From Nitrospirota bacterium (GTDB lineage: Bacteria > Nitrospirota > UBA9217): a stretch of 64,000 bases of DNA. This document shows, in pieces, positions 19,267 through 30,887 of this stretch; position 1 is the stretch's first letter, and each line of letters starts with the position of its first letter. Location: assembly GCA_963796285.1 (NCBI GenBank), contig CAWCKW010000012.1, forward strand, positions 1,888,001 to 1,952,000, in the 5' to 3' direction. The position numbers were made by a program, and so were the translations under genes. Below the pieces are notes generated by a model. The model worked only from the letters and a program-made list of their open reading frames with translations. It was not told where the DNA came from and made no database searches.

Positions 19267-22213
19267 TTACGCTTCCACCGGGATCTTGATCGTGAACCGC
19301 GTCCCCCGGTCCTTTTCCGAATCGATCTCGATGGTGCCGCCGTGGTCCTTGATGATGCTGTAACAGATGCTGAGTCCCAGACCCGTGCCCTTGGTCGGCC
19401 CCTTGGTGCTGAAAAATGGATCGAAGATCTTGTCCCGGACCCCGGGATCGATGCCGTGTCCCGTGTCGGCAAAACGCACTTCAACCAGGCCGTTCGACCG
19501 TTTAATCGAGATATCGAGGTCCCCGCCGTCGGGCATGGCGTCACGCGCGTTCAGGATCAGGTTCAGGAACACCTGCTGGATCTGGTCGGGGTCGATCTTG
19601 AGCAGCGGGGTGTCCTGCACCTCCGTGTGGATCACGACCTTCCGGAAGTTTTTGTCGTAGCGAACGAGGTTCAGCGTGTTCTCAAGGATGTCCCGAAGGC
19701 TCGTCGGCAATTTCTGGCGCGGGTAAAGCCGGGCAAAATCTCCGAGGTTCCGCACGATCCGCGCGATCCGGTGCACGTGCTGATTGATCGTGCCGAGAGA
19801 GTCCTTCTCAAAAGACGACAGGTCCTCGGTCAACAGCTCCTGCACCAGGGAAGAGATGGACGCAAGCGGGTTGCCGATCTCGTGCGCCACACCCGCGGCG
19901 AGCCTGCCTACACTTGCATGCTTGGTCGCGCGAAACAGTTCCTCCTCGATCTTCTTCTTCTCAGTGATGTCCTCAAGCACCAGAACGTATCCCTTCTGCG
20001 CGCCCGTAAGCCTGCTGATGTAGCCCTTCAGGATGATCTGGGGATCGAAGTTCCGTCTGCACGTAATTTCTCCCTCGTGCACGTCAGGGTTGAAAAGCCG
20101 CGGTTCCAGACACGTCAGCAGGTCCTTGGCCTGTTCGTTCAATGCGTCGGACTTCTCCACACCCGTTATCATCTCCATACCGCTGTTCCAGTATGTCACG
20201 TGTCGCGACTCGTCAAGGGTCGCCACACCGAGCGGCAGGCTTTCGATGATGTTCTCGCTGAACTCCTTGAGGATGGCAAGCTGCCGGTTCGCCTCGGCGA
20301 GTTCCTGCCGCGACAGCCGCAGGCTTCGGGATATCTGCTGGATGGAGTCCGAGACGCGCAGCGCGTCATCATGCGTCAGGACCATCTGGTTCTGGAACAC
20401 CAGGGTGCTGATGGACGGCCCGAGGGCGCCTGACAGGATGCGCTCGGCCTCTTCCCTGAGTTTCAGAAGCCACTCGTTTGATATCGATTTGCGGGCTATG
20501 CTGTTCTTTTTTAAAAAGCCGTCCACAGCCTCGCGGGCCTCGTGCTTGCCGATGTACTGTCCCAGGATGTCCTCGATCTTTACAATATCAACGGGCCGGT
20601 GGGACTGCGAAAACTGGAGCGGCGAATAGGAGTCCACGAAGATTATGGCCTGGCGGGTCTCGGCATCGGACTGCCGGGTGAAAATCGATACGCCCACAAA
20701 GGAGAGGAGGTTCAGCAGCAGACCCCAGAACAGGGAGTGGCTCCAGCGGTCGAGGCCTACGAGGCCGAAAAGCGCCGTGGGGTTCAGAAGCGTCGAGCTA
20801 AAGATCGCCCCCATGACGCCGCGCGGTTCGATGATCCCGGCGCGCATAAGCGCAGGGATGAGAAGCGTGTAGATCCAGACGCTGAAGCCCGCAATGATCC
20901 CGGCGATGGCGCCCTTCTTGTTGCCGCCCTTCCAGTAGAGGCCGAGCAGCATCGACGGGGCAAAGATGGTGACCGCCTCGAAGGACTTGAGTCCGATGTC
21001 CACGAGGCTGTAGTATTCACCGATTGTGACAGCGAAGGTGTACCCGAGGAACACGCATCCCAGGATGACGACCCGCTTGATGTTCAACATCACCGTCGAG
21101 AAGTTCTTGAACGCCCGCAAATCCCAGAACGTGGGCACGACAAAACTGTTCATGACCATCGTGGACAGTGCCACTGACTCCACGATGATCATGGCCGTGG
21201 CCGCTGAGAATCCCCCGACGAATACGAAAAGCGCCAGCAGCGGGTGGCCGTAGTGCAGGGGAATGCTGAGGACGTAATAGTCCGCGCTCGACCGGATGTC
21301 GCCGAGAAGCAACCCACCGTAAGCAATGGGAAGGACGAAGACGTTGATCAGAAAAAGATAGAGCGGAAAGAGCCACATGGCTTTTTTGATATGGCTGGCT
21401 GAATAATTTTCAACCACTGCCACGTGAAACTGCCGGGGCAGGAACATGATGGCCATCATCGACAGGAACGTCAGCGACGTCCATTCGAGAAAGCTCACCC
21501 CGGAGTCGCTGCCGATCTTGGTCAAGCCGAGCAAAGGGACCGGTCTTGATCTTCGTCAGAATGTCACCGAAGCCGTTGAATAGCCCATAGGTCACGAAGA
21601 TGCCGACACTGAGGAAGGCGACGAGCTTGATCGCCGACTCAAAAGCAATGGCGAAGACCAGCCCGCCGTGGCGTTCACTTGCATCGAGCCTTCGCGCGCC
21701 GAAGATCACGGCAAACACACCAAGGAGCAGCGAGATGAACCAGCCCGCAAAGTGGCTGCTTTCAGGCCTGCCCGAGAGCAGGGAGAAGGTCGTCATGATG
21801 GCCTTGAGCTGGAGCCCGAGATAGGGTGTTATGCCGATGACCGCTACGAAGGTGACGAGCGCCGACAGGCCAAGCGACTTTCCGTAGCGCGAGGAGATGA
21901 AGTCCGAGATCGTGGTGATCCGGTTTTCCTTGGAGATATAGACGATCTTCCGCAGAACGATCCACCAGAGCGCCGCCATCAGCGTCGGGCCGATATAGAT
22001 CGTGAGGAAGCTCAGCCCCGAATTCGCCGCCTTGCCCACGCTGCCGTAGAACGTCCAGGAGGTGCAGTACACGGCCAGGGAGAGCGAGTAGACATAGGGG
22101 TTCGAAACCAGGCTCTTCCCCTGCAGTTCCTTGCGCTCGGCAAAATACGCTACGGAAAAGAGCAGGAGGAGATAGGAAAGCAGAGTGAACAGTAGGGTCC
22201 AGGGAGAAAACAA
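19267..22213 (-). CDS. SLC5/Na+:solute-symporter-domain PAS histidine kinase (CrbS/CbrA family), frameshift near 21530
   Basis: YSLSLAVYCTSWTFYGSVG, TISDFISSRYGKS, LPRQFHV, FSAATAMIIVES, AERILSGALG (STAC-like), AHEIGNPL, QVFLNLILNARDAM, GTGLGLS. Confidence 0.9.
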
Positions 22214-22390
22214 TTAGCCGTTTCCGTCCTCTCGTTCCGAAAATAGGGAGATCACGAATATAAGCGCAATGAAAACAAACCAGATGACGAAGAGGTAGGT
22301 TGTCAGACTGTCCCTGAAAATGCTCATGATGGGCCAGCTGAAGAGCAGGATGCCGATGACGATCAAAAATATCCAGATATCTCTTCGCAC
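22214..22390 (-). CDS. small two-TM protein abutting the sensor kinase
   Basis: GTG start after GAGGGG; RRDIWIFLIVIGILLFSWPIMSIF…YLFVIWFVFIALIFVISL; its TAA directly abuts the kinase TTG start. Confidence 0.7.
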   Translation of the reverse strand: MRRDIWIFLIVIGILLFSWPIMSIFRDSLTTYLFVIWFVFIALIFVISLFSEREDGNG

Positions 22391-22720
22391 CAGAATCCCC
22401 TCACTCGGCGAGTTCCCGCCCTGCGCGACGACGACCGGACCGACGTACGCGATCATAATAGCACAATTTTAACACAAATCATCGTTAAAAAACATATTGC
22501 TCGAACGGGCCCGCCACTTGTTAAACGAGCCGAAGGGAGTAATGCGGGGAGAATCGAAAGCGGGATCGGAAGATCGTCTAGCCTGTTGAGAAGCATGGAT
22601 AGCGGCAGAGCGGGATCGCCCTGCGCCCAGGGACTTCATACCTCGATAGTGAGTAACCTTGTGAGGAACAGGGGCTGATGCCATGAAAAAGGACCTGCCC
22701 CCACTACGTTCCTGAGTGCG

Positions 22721-24617
22721 TTACTCCCGAAACGACATTTTGAGCTCATACATCCCGCCTTCGGCGCGCTTTTCAATGACGAACCCCATATGATCGAACA
22801 ACTGGAGCATCTGCCGGTTTTCCATGAGCACCGCCGCGGTGAATCCGTGGAGGCCGCTTTTTCTGGCCAGATACGTTACATAGGAGAGCAGCGCGGCGCC
22901 GATCCCCCTGCCCTGGTAGTCGTCGCGCACCACAAAGGCAACTTCGGCGGTGTGCGTGTTCTCATCGATCAGATACTGCGCCATGCCCACGAACATTTCC
23001 TGCTCCTCCTGCTGGACCACGGCGAGGATCACCATCTCTTTGGTGTAATCGATAACGACAAAAGGCTGGAGCCGTTCGTGGTGCATGTCGGGCCGCGTGG
23101 AGATGAACCTCCGATACATGGAATCATTCGACAGGGAGTAGAAAAAATCCTTTAATAAATGTTCATCATTCATTTTTACCGGCCGGAGCAGGAGATCGAG
23201 CCCCGTGCGCGTGGTCTTGTAACGCTTCGAGCTTTTCGGGGTACTCGCCGTGCACGCCGGGAATGAAGGCCTGGTCCTTGTAGATGAGCCTGCGTTCCTT
23301 TGCCTCCTCGATGAGCCGTTCCCGGAACTTCGGGTGCGCGATCGCGATCAGGTCCATGGCTCGCTCGCGGATGTTCTTGCCGTGGAGGTAGGCGATGCCG
23401 TATTCGGTGACCACGTAGTGGATATCGCCGCGCGAAAGAGTCACGCCGGCGCCTTCCGTCAGGAAGGGAACGATGCGCGAGACCTCTTCGTTCTCGGCCG
23501 TGGACTGGAGCGCCAGGATGGTCTTGCCGCCTTTCGACAGGATCGCGCCGCGCATGAAGTCTGCCTGGCCGCCGATGCCGCTGTAGAACATCTTGCCGAT
23601 TGACTCGGCCGTGGCCTGGCCCGAAAGGTCGATCTCGAGAGCGCTGTTGATGGCCGTCATGTTCTTCTGGCGCGCGAGGACCGTCGGATCATTCGTATAG
23701 TCCACGGGCCGGAACTCGATGGCCGGGTTGTCGTGCAGGAACTCGTAGGTATCGCGCTTGCCCATGCAGAACGCGGCCACGGTCTTGCCGCGGTTCAGCT
23801 CCTTGCGCGAGTTGTCGACAACGCGCTGCCGCATGAGCTCCACGATCCCGTCGGTCAACAGCTCGGTGTGCACGCCCAGGTGCTCCTTGTTCTTGAGATG
23901 GGCGAGGATCGCGTTCGGAATGCTCCCGTAGCCGACCTGAATGGTGTCGCCGTCCTGCACGATGCGCGCGACGTAGGTGCCGACCTTTTGGGATATCTCG
24001 TCGGACACGGTGTCCTCATATTCGAGGAGCGGCTCGTCGCAGGGAATGATGAAGTCCACGTCCTTGATATTGATGAACGTCTCGCCCAGCACCCGCGGCA
24101 TGCGGGGGTTCACCTGGGCGATGACGAGCGATGCGTTTTCCGCCGCGGCCTTCACGATGTCCACGCTGATGCCGAGGCTCATGAACCCGTGCTCGTCCGG
24201 CGGCGAGGTCTGGATAAGGGCCACGTCCACAGGCACAAGCTTTTTTTGGAACAGGCCGGGCACCTGGGAAAGAAAGACGGGCGTATAATCCGCGAGCCCG
24301 CGGTTCACGGCTTCGCGCGTATTGTGACCGATGAAGAACGAGTTGTGCCGGAAATTGTCCTTGAACTTCTCGTCAGCGTAGGGCGCGACGCCCAGGGTCC
24401 ATACCTGGAGGAGTTCGGCGTCGAAGAAGGACTTGGGGTGGGACCGTACGTAGTTGATGAGCGCCTTGACGAGATATTGGGGCTCACCGCACCCCGTGCC
24501 GATAAAAATCCGGTTGCCCGGGTGGATGACGCTGAATATCCGCTCTTCAGTAGGGAATTTTTCGGGATAGAGCGCGCGCATCCCTTCAATTTTTTTATTC
24601 AGCTCCCCGGCTGGCAT
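22721..24617 (-). CDS. acetyl-CoA hydrolase/transferase fused to a GNAT acetyltransferase, frameshift near 23225
   Basis: GEPQYL, DGDTIQVGYG, LGVHTE, INSALEID, SGIGGQADF, VVTEYG, IAHPKFR. A 1-nt shift gives PEKLE-RYKTTRTGLDLLLRPVKMNDE…AEVAFVVRDDYQGRGIG. Confidence 0.87.
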
Positions 24618-24941
24618 GACAGCTCCTTTCTCATGATGAATTATAGCAGAGGATGCGACCGATGTAAAGAGTTTTGACGAATGTGAATTGACTCACAATA
24701 ACCGTTACCCAAGCAAATTCCGAACTACATCGGGAAACGGACACCGTGGAACATTTGTGCTATACTATCAAGTATCTGACGCCCCCTCATTCTTTTAGCC
24801 ATTCCTTTAAACAGCATATCGGGAGCACAACGTAGTGATACTCTTTCTGCAACGCAAGTCAGACGTCAAGTTTATTTGTTGTTCCTGTATGCTCCAAACC
24901 GGGAATGCTGCAGGGCACTATTGGAAAAATGGAGCGAGACA

Positions 24942-27900
24942 ATGAACACGTTGCTGAGAATTCTCCTGGTAGAAGATAACCCGGACGATATAGACCTGAT
25001 CCGGCAGATGCTGAGAGAAACAGGGGTGGGCATCTTCAGCGTCGAGTCGGTACCGAGTTTGTCCGAGGCGTTGTCCCGGTTGAAAGGCAATGCTATCGAT
25101 CTCGTATTGCTTGATCTCGGTTTGCCTGACAGCAAGGGCATGGATACGTTTATCAAACTGCAAGCCGCGGTGCCGGATGCGCCGATAATAATTTTGACGG
25201 GCAACACGGACCAGAACGCCGCAGTCACTGCGTTCAGGGAGGGAGCCCAGGATTACCTCATCAAAGGACAACTAAGTGGAAGCATTATTACCCGCGCGGT
25301 CCGTTACGCTGTCGAACGCAAGCAGGCTGAGTCAGCCCTGCGTCAGAGTGAGGAAAAATACAGAAGCCTGGTGGACAATGTCGAGATCGGGGTTTCGCTT
25401 ATCAGCCCTGAAATGAAAATCATCGCGTTGAACAGGAAGATGAAGGAATGGTTTCCGAACGTCGATGTTGCGAAGGAGCCGGTGTGCTACCGCGCGTTCA
25501 ACAGTCCGCCACGGGAAGGCGCCTGCTCGTATTGTCCGACGTGCAAGACCCTGCAGGATGGGATGGTGCACGAATCCATCACCGAGACCCCCGCCGGCGA
25601 TGCAATACGAAATTACCGCGTTGTCTCTAGTCCGGTGCGCGACGGCGCCGGCAAGGTCATCGCCGCGCTTGAAATGGTCGAGGACATCACCGAGCGGAAA
25701 GCGGCGGAGGACGCTCTTCGAAAAAGCGAGGCGCGCTACCGGTCTCTCTTCGAAAACATGCTTGAGGGTTATGCTTATTGCAAGATGCTTTTTTCGAATG
25801 ATAAACCGGAAGACTTCATCTATCTTCATGTCAATGCCGCATTCGAAACCCTGACCGGATTGAAAAATGCGGTCGGTAAAAAAGTATCCGAAGTAATTCC
25901 GGGGATAAAAGAGTCAGACCCGGGCTTAATTGAAACTTACGGCAGGGTCGCTCTGACCGGCAAACCGGAGAGATTTGAGACATATGTGCAGGGCCTGCAG
26001 ATGTGGTTTTCGATCTCGGTATACAGCCCGGAAAAAGAATTTTTTGTTGCTGTCTTTGATGTCATCACCGAACGCAAACGGGTGGAAGAGGCCTTGAGGA
26101 CAAGTGAGGAGAATTTCCGCGAGCTCATCGAAAACGGGTCGGATATTATCTCCCAAATCGATGGGCGCGGAACAATTCTGTATGAAAGCCCGTCCATCGA
26201 ACGCGTACTCGGGCACCGTCCGAACGATATCCAGGGGAAAAAAGCATTTGAATTTATTCACCCCGACGACATCGCGGCTGTCGCTAACGCTATTTCACAG
26301 GGAATAGCTAACCCCGGCGCGATGTATTCCATTGAATACCGATTCAAACATCACGACGGAACATGGAGAACGCTGGAGTCCGTAGGCAAGTCCATTAAGA
26401 GTCCATCGGGCGCCACGGGAGCTATCGTGAACTCACGGGACATCACCGATCGCAAGCGGGCGGAGAGTGCCCTGGCAGAGAAGGAAGCCCGCCTGCGCCT
26501 CCTGGTAGAAACCATCCCCGATATGGTCTGGCTGAAAGACGTTGACGGGAGGTATTTGAGCTGCAATAAGATGTTCGGGCAATACTTCGGAGCCAAGGAG
26601 TCTGAAATTGTCGGCAAGACAGACTATGACTTTGTCGTCAAGGAACTGGCTGACTTCATTCGCGATAACGACAACAAGGCCATGGCCGCGGGCAAGCCCA
26701 GCAGCAGCATGGATTGGATCACCTTCGCCAGCGATGGCCGTCGCGCGTTGCTGAATACGATCAAAACACCGATGTTCGATGCCGGGGGCAAACTCCTCGG
26801 CGTACTGGGCATCGGCCGTGACATCACCGAGTATCAAAAGCTCGAAGAACAGCTCCGCCATGCGCAGAAGATGGAGAGCATAGGCACCCTTGCCGGAGGC
26901 ATAGCCCATGATTTCAACAATATCCTGTCCGCCATCATCGGCTATGGGCATGTGACCCTCATGAAGATGCCGAAGGACGACCCGTTGCGGATGAATATCG
27001 AGCACATCCTGGAGTCAGCGGACCGCGCTGCCGCGCTCACCCAGAGTCTTCTTGCCTTCAGCCGAAAGCAGGCCATTGACCGGAAGCCGGTTGACCTGAA
27101 CAAGATACTCAATAAAGTGGAAAAATTCCTGGTACGCGTCATCGGAGAGGATGTCGAGGTCCATATGGCCCTGGAGAAGACGACCTTGACGCTTTTTGCA
27201 GATGCGGGCCAGCTGGAGCAGGTATTTATGAACCTTGCAACGAATGCGCGGGATGCGATGCCGAATGGCGGGTCGTTCACGATAGAGTCGGCGATCACGG
27301 AGCTGGACAACAGCTTTGTGGCAGCCCATGGCTACGGGAAGACGGGGACCTATGCCTTGATATCCGCCACCGACACCGGTGAGGGAATGACCGAGCAAAT
27401 CAGGGTAAAGATCTTTGAACCCTTCTTCACGACCAAGGAGGTCGGCAAGGGAACGGGGCTCGGGCTGGCCATGGTATATGGCATCATCAAACAACATGAG
27501 GGCTTCATTAACGTATACAGTGAACCGGGCAAGGGCACGACCTTCAGGATCTATCTTCCGCTGATCAAGACCGACGCAATGGAGGAGCAGCAAATAATTG
27601 CCCCAGAGCTTGTGAAAGGCGGTACGGAAACGATCCTTTTAGCCGAGGATGATGCGACTGTGAGGAAACTCACTCTACTCGTTCTTGAGCAAATGGGATA
27701 TACGGTCATCGTTGCGAACGACGGTGAAGAGGCGGTAACGAAATTCATGGAAAATAAAGACAGGATACAGCTGCTTCTGTTCGACATTATCATGCCGAAG
27801 AAGAACGGCAAAGAGGCTTATGAAGAGATCAAAAAGATAAAGCCCGACATGCCGGTCCTCTTTGCAAGCGGATATTCACCGGAGATGCTTCGCGTCAAGG

Positions 27901-27995
27901 CGTTGGTCGATGATGACGTCCCACTGGTCTACAAACCCATATCGCCGCAGAATTTATTGAAAAAGGTGAGAGAGGTGCTGGACCGGGAAAAGTAG
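24942..27995 (+). CDS. hybrid sensor kinase REC-4xPAS-HisKA-HATPase-REC
   Basis: LLDLGLPD, repeated DITERK PAS junctions, [27 protein letters not shown]-terminal ILLAEDD…DIIMPKKNG. Confidence 0.93.
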   Translation: MNTLLRILLVEDNPDDIDLIRQMLRETGVGIFSVESVPSLSEALSRLKGNAIDLVLLDLGLPDSKGMDTFIKLQAAVPDAPIIILTGNTDQNAAVTAFREGAQDYLIKGQLSGSIITRAVRYAVERKQAESALRQSEEKYRSLVDNVEIGVSLISPEMKIIALNRKMKEWFPNVDVAKEPVCYRAFNSPPREGACSYCPTCKTLQDGMVHESITETPAGDAIRNYRVVSSPVRDGAGKVIAALEMVEDITERKAAEDALRKSEARYRSLFENMLEGYAYCKMLFSNDKPEDFIYLHVNAAFETLTGLKNAVGKKVSEVIPGIKESDPGLIETYGRVALTGKPERFETYVQGLQMWFSISVYSPEKEFFVAVFDVITERKRVEEALRTSEENFRELIENGSDIISQIDGRGTILYESPSIERVLGHRPNDIQGKKAFEFIHPDDIAAVANAISQGIANPGAMYSIEYRFKHHDGTWRTLESVGKSIKSPSGATGAIVNSRDITDRKRAESALAEKEARLRLLVETIPDMVWLKDVDGRYLSCNKMFGQYFGAKESEIVGKTDYDFVVKELADFIRDNDNKAMAAGKPSSSMDWITFASDGRRALLNTIKTPMFDAGGKLLGVLGIGRDITEYQKLEEQLRHAQKMESIGTLAGGIAHDFNNILSAIIGYGHVTLMKMPKDDPLRMNIEHILESADRAAALTQSLLAFSRKQAIDRKPVDLNKILNKVEKFLVRVIGEDVEVHMALEKTTLTLFADAGQLEQVFMNLATNARDAMPNGGSFTIESAITELDNSFVAAHGYGKTGTYALISATDTGEGMTEQIRVKIFEPFFTTKEVGKGTGLGLAMVYGIIKQHEGFINVYSEPGKGTTFRIYLPLIKTDAMEEQQIIAPELVKGGTETILLAEDDATVRKLTLLVLEQMGYTVIVANDGEEAVTKFMENKDRIQLLLFDIIMPKKNGKEAYEEIKKIKPDMPVLFASGYSPEMLRVKALVDDDVPLVYKPISPQNLLKKVREVLDREK

Positions 27996-28012
27996 CGTTC
28001 AGAATGCGCGTC

Positions 28013-30562
28013 TTACCTTTCCGCAAATCGGCGAAAAAACCACTGTTTGATGCCTTCTACGGCAAAGAGATAGAACAACACCAGGCCTGACAGGATCGCA
28101 TAGAACGACAATGGCGGCGGCACGAACCCGAAGTACCTGCCAAGCGGTGTGAACGGGATCGCCGTTGCAAGGCATACGACCGAAAGAGAACACAGGGCAA
28201 GCCATAAATTGGGACGACTTTTAAACGGATTGCGGCGGGTACGGATAATAAAAATAACGAGCACCTGCGTTGCCATTGACTCGATGAACCAGCCCGTATG
28301 GAAAAGCTTTTCCCCGGCATGGAACAGATGCAGCATGATGTAAAAGGTCAGGAAGTCGAAGGCCGAGCTCACCGGCCCCACAGACAGCATGAAGTTGCGG
28401 ATGAAGTTCATGTTCCAATGCCGGGGCTGGGTGAGATATTCTTCATCGACGCTATCGAGCGGGATGGGGATTTCCGAAACATCGTAGAGAAGATTGTTCA
28501 AAAGGATCTGCACCGGCAGCATGGGAAGAAAGGGCAGGAAGAGGGTTGCCCCGGCCATGCTGAACATGTTCCCGAAATTGGAGCTCGTTCCCATCATGAT
28601 GTATTTCATGATGTTGCCGAAGGTGCGCCGGCCTTCCATGACCCCTTCGTGGAGCACGTTCAGGTCCTGCTCCAGAAGGATCATCTCCGCCGCGCTTTTT
28701 GCCACGTCCACGGCTGAGTCCACGGAAATGCCGATGTCCGCTGAATGGAGCGAGGGAGCGTCATTGATGCCATCGCCCATATACCCGACAACCCTGCCTC
28801 GCTGCTTTAATGCAAGGATGACCCGGTTCTTCTGCGCAGGGTTGACACGGCAAAAGAGATTCACATTCTCAACAACGGCCGAAAGCGCGTGGTCATCCAT
28901 GCCCTGCATCTCCGCGCCGGTCAAGATCCCGGTTATGGGCAGGCGGAGTTTCTCACAGATATGCCGCGTCACCAGTTCATTGTCACCTGTCACGACCTTG
29001 ACTGCCACGCCTGCGAGGGTCAGTTTGGCTAACGCAGCTTTGGCGCTCTCCTTCGGGGGATCGAGAAAAGCGGCGAACCCGGCAAAGACCAGCGCTGTCT
29101 CATCATCGATCACCCCATGATGTTCTGTTTGTTCTACTCGCTTCCACGCGATGCCGAGCACACGGAAGCCGTCACGCGCAAACGTTTCTGCGAGGGCCTG
29201 TATCCGGACTAGGCCGGCTTTGTCCAGTTCTTTTAGGTCCGTGTCTCCATTTTCCTCATAATGGGTAGAGAGACGAAGGATGTCCTCTGGAGCGCCTTTG
29301 ATGACGAGGAGCCTGTGTTGCCCATTATCAACGATCACCGAAACACGACGCCGCTCAAAATCGAACGGGACCTCGTCGATCTTCTTCCAGGAACTTGTCT
29401 CGATCTCTTTGTGCTCGAGAATGGCGTCATCCATCGGGCTCCGCAGTCCCGATTCAAAGAAACTATTCAGGTATGCCAGTTCAAGAACGCGGCTGCTGTC
29501 CTGGCCAAGGGCGTCCACGTGGCGCTCCAGATGGATGCGGGCTTCGGTGAGCGTACCGGTCTTGTCCGTACACAGCACCTCCATGCTCCCGAGGTTATGA
29601 ATGGATTCGAGCCGTTTTACGATCACCTTCTTCTTTGCCATGCGCATGGCGCCCCGCGCCAGGGTCACGGAAACCACCATGGGCAGGAGTTCGGGAGTGA
29701 GCCCGACGGCAAGGGCCACGGCAAAGAGGAAGGATTCGAGCCACGGACGATGGAAATACGCATTGGCCAATAAAACAAAGAGGACGAGCAGGATCGTAAA
29801 CCGCATGATCAGGAGCCCGAAGCGCTGGGTCCCCTGTTCAAAAGAGGTGGGAGGCGCCTTTGTAGTGAGCGAATCAGAAATCTCGCCCAAAGAGGTGTTC
29901 GGTCCGGTGCGGCAGATGAGCACCGTGGCGGTGCCGCTCACCACCGACGTGCCCATGAACACGGAGTTTACTGCATCAGCCATATCCAGCCCCGCGTCAG
30001 GCAGCTCGCGGGGAAACTTTTCAACAGGATAGGATTCGCCGGTCAGGAGCGCCTGCTTCACAAAGAAATCCTGAGCAACAAGCACCCGCCCGTCACCCGG
30101 GATCAGATCGCCTGCGGAAAGAGACACCACATCCCCGGGCACCAGCGTTGCCGCGGGAATCTCGATGCCCTTCCCGTCGCGCAGCGCCTGGACGCGGATA
30201 GCCACTGACTGGCGCAATTCTTCTGCTGCCTTGCCTGCGCGGCGTTCCTGGATAAAATCCAGGGTCACGCTCATGACCACAATGGCGGTGATGATCAAGA
30301 AGCTGGTCACGTCTCCGGTGAAGGCGGAGACAGCGCTGGCGATGAGGAGGATGATGACGAGAGGGTTTTTGAACCTGGCGAGGAACTGAAGGACCAGCGC
30401 CCGTTTCCGCGGAGGCCGCAGCATATTCGGCCCGGCCGACTTCAGCCGGTCAGTCGCGTCGCTGCTCGAGAGGCCCGCGGCGGTCGTATTCAACTGCTTC
30501 AGGAGTTCAGGAGCAGCTTGCTGCCAGAAAACACTTTCCACCTTTGATGGGGAAATCGTCAT
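28013..30562 (-). CDS. mgtA: magnesium-translocating P-type ATPase
   Basis: LTGES, AVGLTPELLP, DKTGTLT, FDFERRR, TGDN, GDGIND, GTSSNFGNMFS, NLLYD, FHTGWFIES. Confidence 0.93.
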   Translation of the reverse strand: MTISPSKVESVFWQQAAPELLKQLNTTAAGLSSSDATDRLKSAGPNMLRPPRKRALVLQFLARFKNPLVIILLIASAVSAFTGDVTSFLIITAIVVMSVTLDFIQERRAGKAAEELRQSVAIRVQALRDGKGIEIPAATLVPGDVVSLSAGDLIPGDGRVLVAQDFFVKQALLTGESYPVEKFPRELPDAGLDMADAVNSVFMGTSVVSGTATVLICRTGPNTSLGEISDSLTTKAPPTSFEQGTQRFGLLIMRFTILLVLFVLLANAYFHRPWLESFLFAVALAVGLTPELLPMVVSVTLARGAMRMAKKKVIVKRLESIHNLGSMEVLCTDKTGTLTEARIHLERHVDALGQDSSRVLELAYLNSFFESGLRSPMDDAILEHKEIETSSWKKIDEVPFDFERRRVSVIVDNGQHRLLVIKGAPEDILRLSTHYEENGDTDLKELDKAGLVRIQALAETFARDGFRVLGIAWKRVEQTEHHGVIDDETALVFAGFAAFLDPPKESAKAALAKLTLAGVAVKVVTGDNELVTRHICEKLRLPITGILTGAEMQGMDDHALSAVVENVNLFCRVNPAQKNRVILALKQRGRVVGYMGDGINDAPSLHSADIGISVDSAVDVAKSAAEMILLEQDLNVLHEGVMEGRRTFGNIMKYIMMGTSSNFGNMFSMAGATLFLPFLPMLPVQILLNNLLYDVSEIPIPLDSVDEEYLTQPRHWNMNFIRNFMLSVGPVSSAFDFLTFYIMLHLFHAGEKLFHTGWFIESMATQVLVIFIIRTRRNPFKSRPNLWLALCSLSVVCLATAIPFTPLGRYFGFVPPPLSFYAILSGLVLFYLFAVEGIKQWFFRRFAER

Positions 30563-30887
30563 CAAGCGTTCCTTTCAGAGGGGTGCGGCGTTGAAACCGG
30601 CTGGGTGCAGAAAAAGACAGGGTGATACGGTGTCGATTCAAATGAACAGCTTACATCAGAGTTCATCTTCCAGAATGATCGATCATCATTGGAACGGATG
30701 TGTTCAGGTTCGTTTCGCGGGCCGAGCTTCAGAATATTATTTCGTTTGCAGGAATACTATACGCCGGCAGACTTTAGGCAACCGGCATTCTTATTGGATC
30801 ATGATTGCCTTGTGCCATCCCGGAAAAGATAACCGATCCGCTGGTCTCACGAGTGAGCTGCATGACGGACGAGGATCGTCCGGGACT

